DNA of 62,261 nucleotides, counting the filler. It is 6 parts of 6 records of this genome, joined end to end, with 100 filler letters (N's around TTAATTAATTAA, not from the genome) between each part and the next. Parts side by side here need not be neighbours in the genome. Positions count along the whole stretch, not along the records: positions 5,287 to 20,136 come from SRR2962707_1996; positions 20,237 to 29,615 come from SRR2962707_1997; 4 more parts are not named here. One strand, written 5' to 3'. Made by a program: the position numbers and the translations under genes. The notes beneath the pieces are model-generated. The model was not told the origin of the DNA. It saw only the letters and a program-made list of their open reading frames with translations, and did no database searches. Numbering within the stretch: the stretch's first letter is position 1; each line of letters begins with the position of its first letter. Positions 17,713 through 28,188 of this stretch are shown here, one piece after another.

Positions 17713-18981
17713 CTAGGACAGCTGTTCCTGCGGCACCTCCTGGCTTGAGCCTGACTCTACCGCCTCATATTTATCCTCAGAACGGGCAATCACCGAAGTG
17801 CACACCAGATCCCCGGTGACGTTCATCGCCGTGGCCCCCATACCCACAAGGGCATCGATGGACACCAGCAGCGCTACGGTTTCAATGGGCAGGCCCACCT
17901 GGGCAAACACCGTAGCAATCATCACGATACCCGCACCCGGCACACCGGCCGTACCGATAGAGGCCAGAGTGCCGATCAGAACGATTTCCAGCATGGTGAC
18001 AAAGTCCAGGGGCACCCCGATCACATTGGCCGCAAAGGCTGCAGAAATCGCAATGCGGATGCCGGCTCCGTCCATGTTGATGGTCGCGCCCAGCGGCAGG
18101 CTGAAGCCATAGATACTCTGGGGAACACCCAAACGCCGAGCCGCGTTCAGGGTCAGGGGCAGCGTCCCGGAGCTGCTCTGGGTGGCAAAGGCCGTGGCGA
18201 CCGGAGCCCGGGCCTCACGAACAAAGTCCATAAGGTTAACGCCATTTAGACGCATAAGAACCCCGTAGACCACCAGCTGTACCGCCAGGGCGATGTACAA
18301 CACCATGACCATATCCCCGAGGGCCAGTATCGTGTTCATGCCCTGCTCACCTGCAGTGCTGGCCACAATCGCAAACACACCAATCGGAACATACTGGAGC
18401 ACCCCGGCCATCACCTTCATGGTGACCTCATTCAGGCCAGATACCACACCATACACTCGCTCAGCGACTTCGCCGTGAGCCTTTGACTCCCGCAGCTTCA
18501 ACAGTGCAATACCAAAAACAATCGCGGTGAAGATAATCCCCAGCAGGTTCGGCTCGGCGAATGCCTCAACCATGTTGGTGGGAACAATGTTCAGAAGTAC
18601 CTGGATAAAGCCCGGATTCTCCGGCACTTCGACACTTTCCGAAGACGTCAATTCCAGGCCACTGCCAGGCGAGAAAGCAGACGCTACACCCAGCCCCACC
18701 GTGATCGCCAACGCCGAAGTCAGCACATAGAAGCCCAGCATCTTCCGGCCCACACGCCCCATACTGCCAAGATTGGCCTGATTGATTCCCACCATCAGGG
18801 TTAACAGGACAATCGGCACAACCAGGAACTTCAGCAACCGAAGCAGCAGTTCTCCCAGAGGGTCCAGCCATTCGGCCACCGCTGGCCCGCCCACCAGTCC
18901 TACAACCAGACCAAGAACAAGCGCAATACCAATGCGCAGCACCAGCGAAGTATTCAGATAGGCATCAAGTACAGCTTTCAT
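17713..18981 (-). CDS. Dicarboxylate/amino acid:cation symporter (DAACS family)
   Basis: AFATQSSSGTLP, GATINMDG and GTAGVPG motifs; multi-TM. Confidence 0.92.
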   Translation of the reverse strand: MKAVLDAYLNTSLVLRIGIALVLGLVVGLVGGPAVAEWLDPLGELLLRLLKFLVVPIVLLTLMVGINQANLGSMGRVGRKMLGFYVLTSALAITVGLGVASAFSPGSGLELTSSESVEVPENPGFIQVLLNIVPTNMVEAFAEPNLLGIIFTAIVFGIALLKLRESKAHGEVAERVYGVVSGLNEVTMKVMAGVLQYVPIGVFAIVASTAGEQGMNTILALGDMVMVLYIALAVQLVVYGVLMRLNGVNLMDFVREARAPVATAFATQSSSGTLPLTLNAARRLGVPQSIYGFSLPLGATINMDGAGIRIAISAAFAANVIGVPLDFVTMLEIVLIGTLASIGTAGVPGAGIVMIATVFAQVGLPIETVALLVSIDALVGMGATAMNVTGDLVCTSVIARSEDKYEAVESGSSQEVPQEQLS

Positions 18982-19272
18982 GGAGGCTCCCGTTATACCC
19001 TGGCCCGTTAGTGAGCAGGCATTCAAAAACGTAAGGGCGAGGATTCTGGTCAGTACCGGCTCGTTGGTAAACCGGTATTGCCACGTACTTTACTCACAGA
19101 AGCTGTGGATAAGTTTGTTGGAAACCTAGGGTTAAATACCCATAAGCCTTGTGCCACAAGGCTTCGGGGAATCTGGTGCAATTATGGGCTATACGCGGGT
19201 GGTATATGGATATGAAGAATCCGTCTCAGCAGGGGGAGCCTGTTCCGGTTTTCCGTTTAGGCGAGGCTTTTT

Positions 19273-19896
19273 CTACCAAGCTTCTAGCTCTCTCCCAACG
19301 TCCCGATAGAACTCTTGATTCCGCGATTCCAGAAACTCAGCGAATTCAAAAGCATCAAAGCCGTGGAAATCCTTTTCTGGACTATCAATCGGCAACCCCG
19401 GATCCGCCCCAAGCTTTAGCAGTGCGCGGAGATAGTCAGTATCGGCGTACAGTAATGCCTCATGCACCGGTGTGAACCCATTGTAATAGCCGTTAACAGG
19501 CTCGCCCCTTGCCGCAAAATGTCGAAGCAGCTCGTAACCACGGCGCTTCATGATAGAGCCACTATCGTGCCTATCCAACGACGCGCCAACGAAATTGACC
19601 AGCGGTTGCGAACAGCCGCTCATCGCGCTCGTCACTTTACCGCAGCGTTCATACGGCCAGTCGAAACGCGTCAGAAGCCAATAGGCCGCTGCAGGCCGGA
19701 TTGCCAGGCTATCGGAATCGAAAGGGCTCCAGGGCATTTCCTCAGGATCAAGAAGCGCAATGATGGTCAGGCCCCAAGCATCGGAACCAAAAACCCAGGT
19801 GCGATAGATCATTGGGAATAAAGTCAGGGTAATGGCCAGCACCACGCCGCCAATAGTGAATGCCTTTTTGTGGCTCAGAAAATATGTAATAAGCAC
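19273..19896 (-). CDS. Membrane-anchored protein with an ankyrin-like repeat
   Basis: N-terminal TM helix; NGFTPVHEALLYADTDYLRALLKLGADP fits the ankyrin consensus. Confidence 0.6.
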   Translation of the reverse strand: MLITYFLSHKKAFTIGGVVLAITLTLFPMIYRTWVFGSDAWGLTIIALLDPEEMPWSPFDSDSLAIRPAAAYWLLTRFDWPYERCGKVTSAMSGCSQPLVNFVGASLDRHDSGSIMKRRGYELLRHFAARGEPVNGYYNGFTPVHEALLYADTDYLRALLKLGADPGLPIDSPEKDFHGFDAFEFAEFLESRNQEFYRDVGRELEAW

Positions 19897-20136
19897 GTCG
19901 CTCCTCCGTGAGCTGTGAGAGATAGGTTTTTACTCCCTTAATATTCCGAAGCTTTCCTTTATAAAAGCAGTCCAACTATCAAAAGAACGACAAAGCACCC
20001 GTACAGCAGCAACGGCGGCAGCAATGCCCATAAGGTCAATCGAACAGGCAATCGAGTTGATATATCCCCAATATGCGCAGCTGAGCGATTCAGCCGGCTA
20101 GAGGGCACAGACCGAAGCACAAGAAACGTAAACACG

Positions 20137-20236
20137 NNNNNNNNNNNNNNNNNNNNNNNNNNNNNNNNNNNNNNNNNNNNTTAATTAATTAANNNNNNNN
20201 NNNNNNNNNNNNNNNNNNNNNNNNNNNNNNNNNNNN
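20137..20236. other. Artificial contig linker
   Basis: N44-TTAATTAATTAA-N44. Confidence 0.98.
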
Positions 20237-20347
20237 ATGCCCTTCATGCAGTGCGCCCATGGTCGGGACCAGTGAAATACGCTGGCCGTTCCGGCGCCAG
20301 TCGGACGTCAGTTCGCGCAACTCTGCGACACTCCGCGCAATCTGCAT
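20237..20347 (-). CDS. panC: Pantoate-beta-alanine ligase (N-terminal part, truncated by contig end)
   Basis: [14 protein letters not shown] motif; directly downstream of panB. Confidence 0.92.
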
Positions 20348-20358
20348 CCGGTTTTCCC

Positions 20359-21189
20359 TCAGCTCGTCGTGCCCGGCTTCTTCTTGGGCACCCCGAAACA
20401 ATGCTCCAGTCCCGGGAAGCTCCCGCCCCGGACCTCGGCAGCATAGGTCGCGACAGCATCCTCGATCAACGCCCCGGCATCGGCATAGCGTTTAACGAAT
20501 TTCGGTGTGAAGTCTGCAAACAGGCCGACCATGTCCTGGGTCACGAGGATCTGTCCGTCACATGCCGGCGAGGCGCCGATCCCGATCAGCGGAATCCCGC
20601 TGCGGGCGGTTACTTCGCGCGCCACGGCTTCGACGGTACCTTCGATGACGATAGCGAAGGCACCGGCCGCTTCGATCGCTGCGGCATCGCGATAAACCTG
20701 TTGTGCGCCTTCATCGTCCTTGCCCTGGATTTTGAACCCGCCCCGGCTTTCCGCTTTTTGCGGCAGAAGCCCGATATGCCCAAGGACCGGCACACCGGCA
20801 TCGACAATGGCGGCGACCGTGGCGGCCATATCTTCGCCGCCTTCGAGCTTAACGGCCTGGCAGCCGGTTTCTTCCATGACGCGTTTCGCGGAACGGACGC
20901 CCGTTTCAGGGCTCTCTTCGTAACTGCCGTGCGGCAGGTCAACAACGACACATGCACGCTCGGTGCCGCGCATCACCGCCTGGCCGTGCGCAATCATGAT
21001 ATCGAGAGTAACCCCGCGCGTGGTCTCCAGCCCGTAGACCACCATGGCCAGTGAGTCGCCAACCAGGACGAGATCGCAATGAGCATCGACACGTTTGGCC
21101 ATGGGCGTGTCATACGCCGTCAGGCACACCAGGTTACCAGCGCCCTTGCGGGTACGTATGTCGGATGATTGAAGTCTGGATGCTGCCAT
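20359..21189 (-). CDS. panB: 3-methyl-2-oxobutanoate hydroxymethyltransferase
   Basis: [31 protein letters not shown] motifs. Confidence 0.96.
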   Translation of the reverse strand: MAASRLQSSDIRTRKGAGNLVCLTAYDTPMAKRVDAHCDLVLVGDSLAMVVYGLETTRGVTLDIMIAHGQAVMRGTERACVVVDLPHGSYEESPETGVRSAKRVMEETGCQAVKLEGGEDMAATVAAIVDAGVPVLGHIGLLPQKAESRGGFKIQGKDDEGAQQVYRDAAAIEAAGAFAIVIEGTVEAVAREVTARSGIPLIGIGASPACDGQILVTQDMVGLFADFTPKFVKRYADAGALIEDAVATYAAEVRGGSFPGLEHCFGVPKKKPGTTS

Positions 21190-21363
21190 GATGATGGCTG
21201 CTCCTCTCCCCGTCTTGAATGTTCTCCCGCGCAGAAACTATCCCGAAGGTGTTGCGGTGCACAACAGCAAAATTTTAGGCAAAAATTCAAAAATGACTTT
21301 CCTACAAGGCGTTAGGCTGAAGTGTTCTGTGGATATCTATTTGGATAAAATGTGCACAACTAT

Positions 21364-21510
21364 TCAGTTCATATCTATCGTATTGCTTGAAGATTTCCCG
21401 GCAAGGTCCTGATTCCTTTTCTTTTTACGCGGCTTAAATCCCCAATATAACACCCCGGCGAAAAGCACCAGCAGGATGACCACGAAATGGTCTCTGAGCA
21501 GCTCGGCCAT
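21364..21510 (-). CDS. CcoQ/FixQ-like small membrane protein (48 aa)
   Basis: FVVILLVLFAGVLYWGFKPRKKKR resembles the CcoQ pattern (TM helix, then W-x-F-x-P and basic residues). Confidence 0.55.
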   Translation of the reverse strand: MAELLRDHFVVILLVLFAGVLYWGFKPRKKKRNQDLAGKSSSNTIDMN

Positions 21511-21622
21511 TGCGTTCCCCGTCCTGATCTTTTCCGCAAACAGCATGCCGGTCAGCCCTTGTTTGAACATCAAGTGCCGCCGATCTAACTTTCATCAGCA
21601 TTTTACAACGGCAGGATCATTC

Positions 21623-23359
21623 ATGCGAGGATTGCGATTACCGGCACCGGCTGCATTTGCCGCCATCCTTGGGCTCATTGCGATAACCGGACTTACCGGC
21701 TGCGATGACACAATCGATATCGACGCGCACAGGCGGGGCGAAGCCGAAACCTACATGATTGCGGTGGCGCACCCGCTTGCCGCTGCGGCCGGGCGTGACA
21801 TTCTCGCCGAAGGCGGCAGCGCCGTCGATGCAGCCATTGCCGCTGAAATGGTTTTGACCCTGGTCGAGCCGCAATCGTCGGGGATCGGCGGCGGCGCGTT
21901 CATGGTGCATCATGATGCATCGGCGAATGCCGTTGAAACCTATGACGGCCGTGAAACAGCCCCTGCATCCGCACATCCCGGCATGTTTCTGGATGCGGAC
22001 GGCAACCCGATTGCCTGGCCCAAGGCCGCACTGGGCGGGCGTGCCGTCGGCGTCCCGGGTCTGATGCGCATGCTGGCACTGGCCCATGGCAAACACGGCA
22101 TTCTGCCCTGGGCAGACCTGTTCCGGCCTGCAATCCGCCTCGCCGAAGACGGCTTCACCGTTACGCCAAGACTGGCCGGTCTGCTGGCCGCAGATACGGA
22201 AATGCCGGACGTCCCCGGAACCAGTGATTATTTTTATCCCGGCGGTCAGCCGCTCAAAGTCGGGACTAAACTGAAGAACCCGGCACTTGCCCGGGTTTTG
22301 ACGCAAGTCGCCGAAACCGGCGCGGCGGCGTTCTATGCCGGTGAGATCGCTGAAGGCATCGCCGATACGGTCTCGAATGCAGCCTTCAATCCGGCACCGA
22401 TGACGGCTGAAGACCTTGCCGGTTATCGCGCACAGACCCGCGATCCGGTGTGCGTCAGCTATCGCGCCTATCGGGTTTGCGGCATGGGGCCGCCGTCATC
22501 CGGCGGCATTCTGATCGGGCAAATATTGGGCATACTTGATCATTTCGACCTCGGTGCCGAAAAACCTTTTTCCGCTGAAGCCGTGCATCTGATTGTCGAA
22601 GCCAGCCGCCTCGCCTTCGCCGATCGCTCACTATACGTCGCCGACAGCGATTATGTCCCGGTCCCGGTCGCGGGTCTCCTGAACCCTGCATATCTGGCGG
22701 AACGGGCCAGGCTGATCTCGCCCACACAGCGCATGGACCATGCCGGACCCGGCCGTGCCGGCCGCACCGCATGGCACTGGGAAGCCGAACAGGGAGCTGA
22801 AAAAGGCCTATCGACAACGCATTTCTCGGTCCGTGACCGCTATGGCAACATCGTTTCGATGACCGCCAGCATCGAACGGGCGTTCGGCTCCAAGCATATG
22901 TCGCAAGGATTTCTGCTGAATAACGAACTCACGGATTTTTCTTTCAGCCCGTCATCCAAAGGTCTGCCCGTGGCCAACGCCCCCGCGCCCGGCAAGCGCC
23001 CGCGCAGCACCATGTCACCGACCATCGTCTTCGATCAGCAAGGCCAGCCGGTGCTGGCGATCGGCTCACCCGGCGGCTCGCGTATTGCCGGATATACGCT
23101 GAAGGTCATTCTGGGCGTGATCGACTGGAACATGCATGTGGCCGACGCCATTGCAGCGCCGAATATCGTCAGCCGGGGCGGACCCGTGGAGATCGAGGCA
23201 GGCACCCCTGCGGAAGACCTGAAACCCGCGCTCGAAGCCATGGGGCATGCCGTCAAGCTGCGTGAAATGACAAGCGGCCTGCACGGCATCCATATGATCA
23301 ACGGCAGGCTTGTCGGCGGTGCCGATCCCCGCCGCGAGGGCGTTGTTCTAGGCGACTAG
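21623..23359 (+). CDS. ggt: Gamma-glutamyltransferase
   Basis: EPQSSGIGGG, DGRETAP, nucleophile STTHFS, LNNELTDF, KRPRSTMSP, GSPGG, ADPRR. Confidence 0.95.
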   Translation: MRGLRLPAPAAFAAILGLIAITGLTGCDDTIDIDAHRRGEAETYMIAVAHPLAAAAGRDILAEGGSAVDAAIAAEMVLTLVEPQSSGIGGGAFMVHHDASANAVETYDGRETAPASAHPGMFLDADGNPIAWPKAALGGRAVGVPGLMRMLALAHGKHGILPWADLFRPAIRLAEDGFTVTPRLAGLLAADTEMPDVPGTSDYFYPGGQPLKVGTKLKNPALARVLTQVAETGAAAFYAGEIAEGIADTVSNAAFNPAPMTAEDLAGYRAQTRDPVCVSYRAYRVCGMGPPSSGGILIGQILGILDHFDLGAEKPFSAEAVHLIVEASRLAFADRSLYVADSDYVPVPVAGLLNPAYLAERARLISPTQRMDHAGPGRAGRTAWHWEAEQGAEKGLSTTHFSVRDRYGNIVSMTASIERAFGSKHMSQGFLLNNELTDFSFSPSSKGLPVANAPAPGKRPRSTMSPTIVFDQQGQPVLAIGSPGGSRIAGYTLKVILGVIDWNMHVADAIAAPNIVSRGGPVEIEAGTPAEDLKPALEAMGHAVKLREMTSGLHGIHMINGRLVGGADPRREGVVLGD

Positions 23360-23374
23360 ATTGCGTCCCTGAGA

Positions 23375-24790
23375 TCAGGTGTCCGGCGCATCCATGGCGG
23401 CGACATGCGGCGGAATGTCATCGGGGAAAGTAAACCGGAACGTCGTTCCATCGGCACCGGTTTTCAGCAACTGTACATCGCCGCCATGTTCGACGGCGAC
23501 TTCACGGACAATCACCAGACCTAGCCCGGTCCCGCCCTTGCGGCCCGACCCGGCAAAGGCCGTAAACAGATTGTCCCGGGCTTTTTCCGGCAGCCCGTGC
23601 CCGTCATCGGCAATATCGATGACGATCATGCCGTCTTCGACCACGGCGTGAATTTCAAGGCTCTTGGCGCCGGCCTGCAAGGCATTGGCGCACAGATTGT
23701 TGAGCGCGCGCAGCAGATGGCGGCGGTCGGCGACGATTTCCAGAGATGGATCGACCCTAATCTGCCACTTCGTCTCCGGCTGGTCCTCGGACATTTCCAG
23801 CAGGATCTGCATCTCTTCGATCAGGTCATACAGAACGAACAAGCGCGGTCGCAGCACCAGCATTTCATCCGCGGCGTAATTCAGCGTCTGGCTGCACAGA
23901 TCAATGGCCCGGTCGATGGCCTTCATCAGGCGCGGCGTGACGCGTTTGACCTCCGGGTCCTCGATCGCCTGCAACTTGTCTGAAACCAGAACCGCCGTCG
24001 CCAGGGTGTTCCTGAGGTCATGGTTGATCTTGGTCATGGCACTGCCCATGGCCGCGAGGCGGTTTTTCTGTTTCAGGGACAACTGCACCTGCCGCTGCAT
24101 TTCGGCAAGCTCCCGCTGCGCCGTCCCGATCTCGTCGCCGCGTGCCGTCGGCACGATAATTCTGCCCGCATCCTCGGGATTGTCGCGAAATCCGACCATG
24201 GCACGGGTCAGGCGTCGGATCGGCCGGACAATCATCCATTGCAGGGCCAGGAACACCAGAGATGCCGTGATAAGCGAAATCACCAGGGACAGGTTGAAAA
24301 TCCGCCATGAGAAATCAAGCATGGCGGCGCGCAGGGGTTGTTCCTCGAACAGCACTTCGACGGTCAGGTCCGGCTGCTTCGGCGGCATACCGATGGCGCG
24401 GATCACCCGGTTGTCGGTGCGTCCCAGTGTGTCGAAGGCCTCCGCGATCAGGCTGAAGAAATTCTCATCACGCATATCCACGGATAGATCGACGGCAGGC
24501 GGCATATCGCCGCCCACCATCAGCATGCGCCGGTCCGGCCGGTTGACGATGATCGCCAGGGCTTCAGTCTGGTGCAGAAGCGCGTTCTCCAGATCCTGGT
24601 TGGGCTGGGTTTCAGGCATCGCATCAAGAGCCACCATCGACAGATAGGCCCGGTTGATGAAATCATCGATATAGCTTTTGCGAAACCGCGCAACCGACGG
24701 CGTCCAGATCAGCACCTCTGCCAGCATGACGAACAGCACTGTCAGTATCAGCAGCCGCGATGACAGATTTTTAAACCGCTCAGAAGGCAT
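23375..24790 (-). CDS. HAMP-domain sensor histidine kinase
   Basis: Two TMs, HAMP (RGDEIG), H-box INHDLRN, N box NLCANA, DDGHG, GTGLGL. Confidence 0.92.
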   Translation of the reverse strand: MPSERFKNLSSRLLILTVLFVMLAEVLIWTPSVARFRKSYIDDFINRAYLSMVALDAMPETQPNQDLENALLHQTEALAIIVNRPDRRMLMVGGDMPPAVDLSVDMRDENFFSLIAEAFDTLGRTDNRVIRAIGMPPKQPDLTVEVLFEEQPLRAAMLDFSWRIFNLSLVISLITASLVFLALQWMIVRPIRRLTRAMVGFRDNPEDAGRIIVPTARGDEIGTAQRELAEMQRQVQLSLKQKNRLAAMGSAMTKINHDLRNTLATAVLVSDKLQAIEDPEVKRVTPRLMKAIDRAIDLCSQTLNYAADEMLVLRPRLFVLYDLIEEMQILLEMSEDQPETKWQIRVDPSLEIVADRRHLLRALNNLCANALQAGAKSLEIHAVVEDGMIVIDIADDGHGLPEKARDNLFTAFAGSGRKGGTGLGLVIVREVAVEHGGDVQLLKTGADGTTFRFTFPDDIPPHVAAMDAPDT

Positions 24791-24826
24791 GAGGATAAAA
24801 CTTCGTATTTGATAAAATGATGATTT

Positions 24827-26254
24827 TTACCCGAATTTTGCCAGAAAACGGACGATTTTTCGGGTTTTTTCGCTGAAAAGCGATGATGTGTAAAAACTCC
24901 CAGCGGCCCGTTTGCTGACTTCGCCCAATGTCGGATAGGGCGCGATCATGCTGGCCATGCCGCCGATCTTGATTTTCTGCGACATCGCCAGCACCCAGGT
25001 CTGGATCAGTTCACCGGCGTGCGGCCCCGCAATGCCGCAGCCCAGAATCACGCCTTTCTTCGTCGTCACGGCCTTGATCAGCCCTTCCGTTTCACCTTCC
25101 GCCTGAGCGCGGTCATTTTCATGAAACGGCCAGCGCAGGATGCGGATATCATTTCCATACTTTTTAAGGGCCTCGGCCTCCGTGAGACCGACCTGCGCCA
25201 GCTCCGGCGATGTATATGTCACCCATGGCACGCAACGGTGATCCGCCTTGGCCGGGAGGCGGAAAAGCGCATTCCTGATGACGATCCCGGCGTGATATCC
25301 GGCAACATGGGTGAACTGCAGCCCCCCCGCCACATCCCCGATGGCGAATATCTTTTTATTCGAGGTGCGCAGACGCGCATCGACCTCCACCCCCTTGTCG
25401 GAATAGGCGACGCCTGCAGCTTCGAGGTTGAGGCCCGACACATTGGCGCGGCGCCCGGTCGCGACCAGCAGATGCGATCCGGCGATTTTTTCTTCCTTTT
25501 CTCCGGCGTCGAGCAAGACCGCGATCCCGTCGCCGTCCTTTTCCACCCGCGCGATCTTGACGCCTTCACGTATATCAATGCCGTCCTGATCAAGCTGGCG
25601 GCGGACCACGTCGACCAATTCAGGATCGTCCTTGGGCATGACCGAGAAAAGCTCCAGCACCGTCACCTGGCAGCCCAGATGCCGGTGGGCCTGCGCCAGT
25701 TCGATCCCGATCGGCCCGCCGCCGATGACGATCAGGTGTTCCGGGAGCTGATCGGCGTAAAAAACGGTTTCGTTGGTGTAATACGGCACATCACCCAGGC
25801 CCGGGATCGGCGGCACAAAGGCAGACGATCCGGTGGCGATCACGAAGCGCCGGGCGGATATCCGGGCATCGCCCGCCTCGACGGTTGTCGCGTCGACAAA
25901 CCGTCCCTCGGCTTCGATCACCTTGACGCCCAGAGCGGTAAACCGTTCGACTGAATCGTTGGGTGCAATCGCTGCAATGGCGCCATGCACATGCGCGAAT
26001 ACACGTCCGGCATCAACCTCTGGCGTCCCGGCATCGATCCCGAAGCGCCCGGCGCCACGGATATGCTGGGCGGCATGCCCCGCGGCCAGCAGCGCCTTGG
26101 ACGGGACACAGCCGAAATTCAGGCAATCCCCGCCCATTTTATGCTTTTCGATCAGCACCGTATCGGCACCCATTTGCTGGGCCCCCGCCGCGACCGAAAG
26201 TCCCCCAGAGCCGGCGCCGATGACGCAAATGTCCGTCTTGATATGCTCGACCAT
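24827..26254 (-). CDS. Pyridine nucleotide-disulfide oxidoreductase (LpdA/MerA-like)
   Basis: GAGSGG, GGDCLNFGCVPSK, GGGPIGIE; C-terminal APYPT rather than HPHPT; no terminal Cys pair. Confidence 0.88.
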   Translation of the reverse strand: MVEHIKTDICVIGAGSGGLSVAAGAQQMGADTVLIEKHKMGGDCLNFGCVPSKALLAAGHAAQHIRGAGRFGIDAGTPEVDAGRVFAHVHGAIAAIAPNDSVERFTALGVKVIEAEGRFVDATTVEAGDARISARRFVIATGSSAFVPPIPGLGDVPYYTNETVFYADQLPEHLIVIGGGPIGIELAQAHRHLGCQVTVLELFSVMPKDDPELVDVVRRQLDQDGIDIREGVKIARVEKDGDGIAVLLDAGEKEEKIAGSHLLVATGRRANVSGLNLEAAGVAYSDKGVEVDARLRTSNKKIFAIGDVAGGLQFTHVAGYHAGIVIRNALFRLPAKADHRCVPWVTYTSPELAQVGLTEAEALKKYGNDIRILRWPFHENDRAQAEGETEGLIKAVTTKKGVILGCGIAGPHAGELIQTWVLAMSQKIKIGGMASMIAPYPTLGEVSKRAAGSFYTSSLFSEKTRKIVRFLAKFG

Positions 26255-26256
26255 GT

Positions 26257-27018
26257 TCAGACCTTTTGCCCGCGGCCCGATTTGAACCGTTTATAGAGTA
26301 CCGGCACCAGTGACAGCACCGCCAGACCAAGGATCGGCATCAGGATTTCCGGTGTGAAGATGATCCCGAGATCGGGTTTCCCGCCCTGCTCGAACACACT
26401 GCCGAGGCCCGCACCGACACTGACATAGACGACCGATCCCGGAATAATCCCAAAAAAGGTCCCGATGACATAGGTCCTGAGCGGCACGTCCAGAAACGCC
26501 GGCACCAAATTCACCAGCCAGAACGGGAATAGCGGCACAAGGCGCAGCACGAACATGTAACTGAGCGCATTTTCATTGAAGCCGGTCCTCATCTTGCTGA
26601 TGGCGTTGCCGGTTTTCGCACGCAACATGTCGGCAAGCGCATAGCGTGCGATCAGGAAAATCGCGGTGGCCCCGAGCGTGGCCCCGGTCACGACATAAAT
26701 CCCGCCGATCACGGTGCCGAAGACGAAGCCGCCGGCCAGTGTCGCCCAAACCGCCCCCGGTACAGACAGCGCGACCATGATGCAATACCCGGAAATGAAG
26801 CCAACGGCGGCCAGAGCACGGTTCTCCGCCGTCCATTCCAACAGGAATTCACGGTTTTCCTTCAATGCCTGAAAAGACAGAAACCGGTCGAGATCAAAGA
26901 TGAACACCGCCGCCATCGCCGCCGCGACGAGCGCCAGCGGCCAAAGCCGGCTGATCACCGATGGCGTTGCATCCACATGCTTGGTGTCAGGCTGTTTTTC
27001 CTGATCCCGCTCGTCCAT
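26257..27018 (-). CDS. TVP38/TMEM64 (DedA/VTT) membrane protein
   Basis: LRLVPLFPFWLVN and TFFGIIPG motifs. Confidence 0.88.
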   Translation of the reverse strand: MDERDQEKQPDTKHVDATPSVISRLWPLALVAAAMAAVFIFDLDRFLSFQALKENREFLLEWTAENRALAAVGFISGYCIMVALSVPGAVWATLAGGFVFGTVIGGIYVVTGATLGATAIFLIARYALADMLRAKTGNAISKMRTGFNENALSYMFVLRLVPLFPFWLVNLVPAFLDVPLRTYVIGTFFGIIPGSVVYVSVGAGLGSVFEQGGKPDLGIIFTPEILMPILGLAVLSLVPVLYKRFKSGRGQKV

Positions 27019-27266
27019 CAATCATCCCCGTTCATGGAATAAATTTTTTCCGCAACGTATGAAAAAATGTCCGTCGCAGTCTATTCACCCAATAGATCAG
27101 CCACGGCGCCAAAGCCCCCTGATCCATTGCATTTTCGCGATTGAACCGCCAAGAGCAACCTACGTTCCACTAACAACGGGTCAAGTTCACGTGAACAACC
27201 TAACGTCATTCATCAAGCGGCTGAGAAAATACTTCGATTAATCGTACGAAAACAGCATCGCCATCG

Positions 27267-27295
27267 TTGACTTGCCTGCGCCAAGACCGTATACA
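27267..27295 (+). promoter_or_regulatory. Sigma70 promoter of the rpmH operon
   Basis: TTGACT-17 nt-TATACA upstream of the AGGAG RBS. Confidence 0.65.
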
Positions 27296-27322
27296 GCGGG
27301 CGATTTTGCAAGGAGAAGTTCC

Positions 27323-27457
27323 GTGAAACGCACGTATCAGCCAAGTAAGCTTATCCGCAAGCGCCGTCACGGCTTCCGTCACCGCATGGCGACGGTTGGT
27401 GGTCGCCGTGTGCTTGCAAACCGCCGTACCAAGGGCCGCAAGCGCCTGTCCGCTTAA
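27323..27457 (+). CDS. rpmH: 50S ribosomal protein L34
   Basis: GTG start; [24 protein letters not shown]. Confidence 0.97.
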   Translation: MKRTYQPSKLIRKRRHGFRHRMATVGGRRVLANRRTKGRKRLSA

Positions 27458-27482
27458 GGGCGGGCGGTCGTACCGCGTCCGC

Positions 27483-27896
27483 ATGTCCCTGCCCCCTACA
27501 CAGCCCGGACCTTCACGCCTGAAAAAAAGGCGTGAATTCCTTGCTGTTGCCGGGGCAAACCGTAAATGGGCAACGCCGGGTATGGTGGTTCAAGTCCGCA
27601 AGCGTCGACCTGGCGAAGCCGGAGATGATCTGGTCCGCGTCGGGTTTACGACCAGCCGCAAGGTGGGGAATGCCGTGGTACGCAACCGTGCCCGTCGCCG
27701 GTTGCGCGCCTGCGTCGATGCTGTCCTGCCGGGCCTCGTCAAGCCGGGCCTGGACATCGTGGTGATCGGCCGTGCCGCAACCCCGGCGCGTCCGTTCGAG
27801 GCCCTGAAGGACGATTTCTTGAAGAGTCTGAGAAAACTCGACGCCTGCACCGACATCCCTCGGGACACCCCCAAGGGGAGCGCCCGCCATGTTTGA
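27483..27896 (+). CDS. rnpA: Ribonuclease P protein component
   Basis: RLKKRREF and [24 protein letters not shown] motifs. Confidence 0.95.
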   Translation: MSLPPTQPGPSRLKKRREFLAVAGANRKWATPGMVVQVRKRRPGEAGDDLVRVGFTTSRKVGNAVVRNRARRRLRACVDAVLPGLVKPGLDIVVIGRAATPARPFEALKDDFLKSLRKLDACTDIPRDTPKGSARHV

Positions 27897-28188
27897 GGGC
27901 CGTCCCGGTTACTGGGCAAAGCAGATCGCCATCGCCCCGATGCGGGCGCTGATCCTGATTTACCGCTATGCCATTTCGCCGTTCACGCCCGGCACTTGCC
28001 GGTTCCATCCGAGTTGTTCCGCCTATGCCGAAGAAGCCCTGCACACACACGGGCCGCTCAGCGGAAGTTTTCTCGCTTTCAAACGAATCTTACGTTGCCA
28101 CCCCTGGGGGGGTTCGGGATACGATCCCGTCCCCACAGCCGACCCGGTCAGCCTGAATGACCGAAAAGGGAGCCCTGAACACCCATGA
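27889..28188 (+). CDS. yidD: Membrane protein insertion efficiency factor
   Basis: [11 protein letters not shown] and [17 protein letters not shown] motifs. Confidence 0.93.
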   Translation: MFEGRPGYWAKQIAIAPMRALILIYRYAISPFTPGTCRFHPSCSAYAEEALHTHGPLSGSFLAFKRILRCHPWGGSGYDPVPTADPVSLNDRKGSPEHP

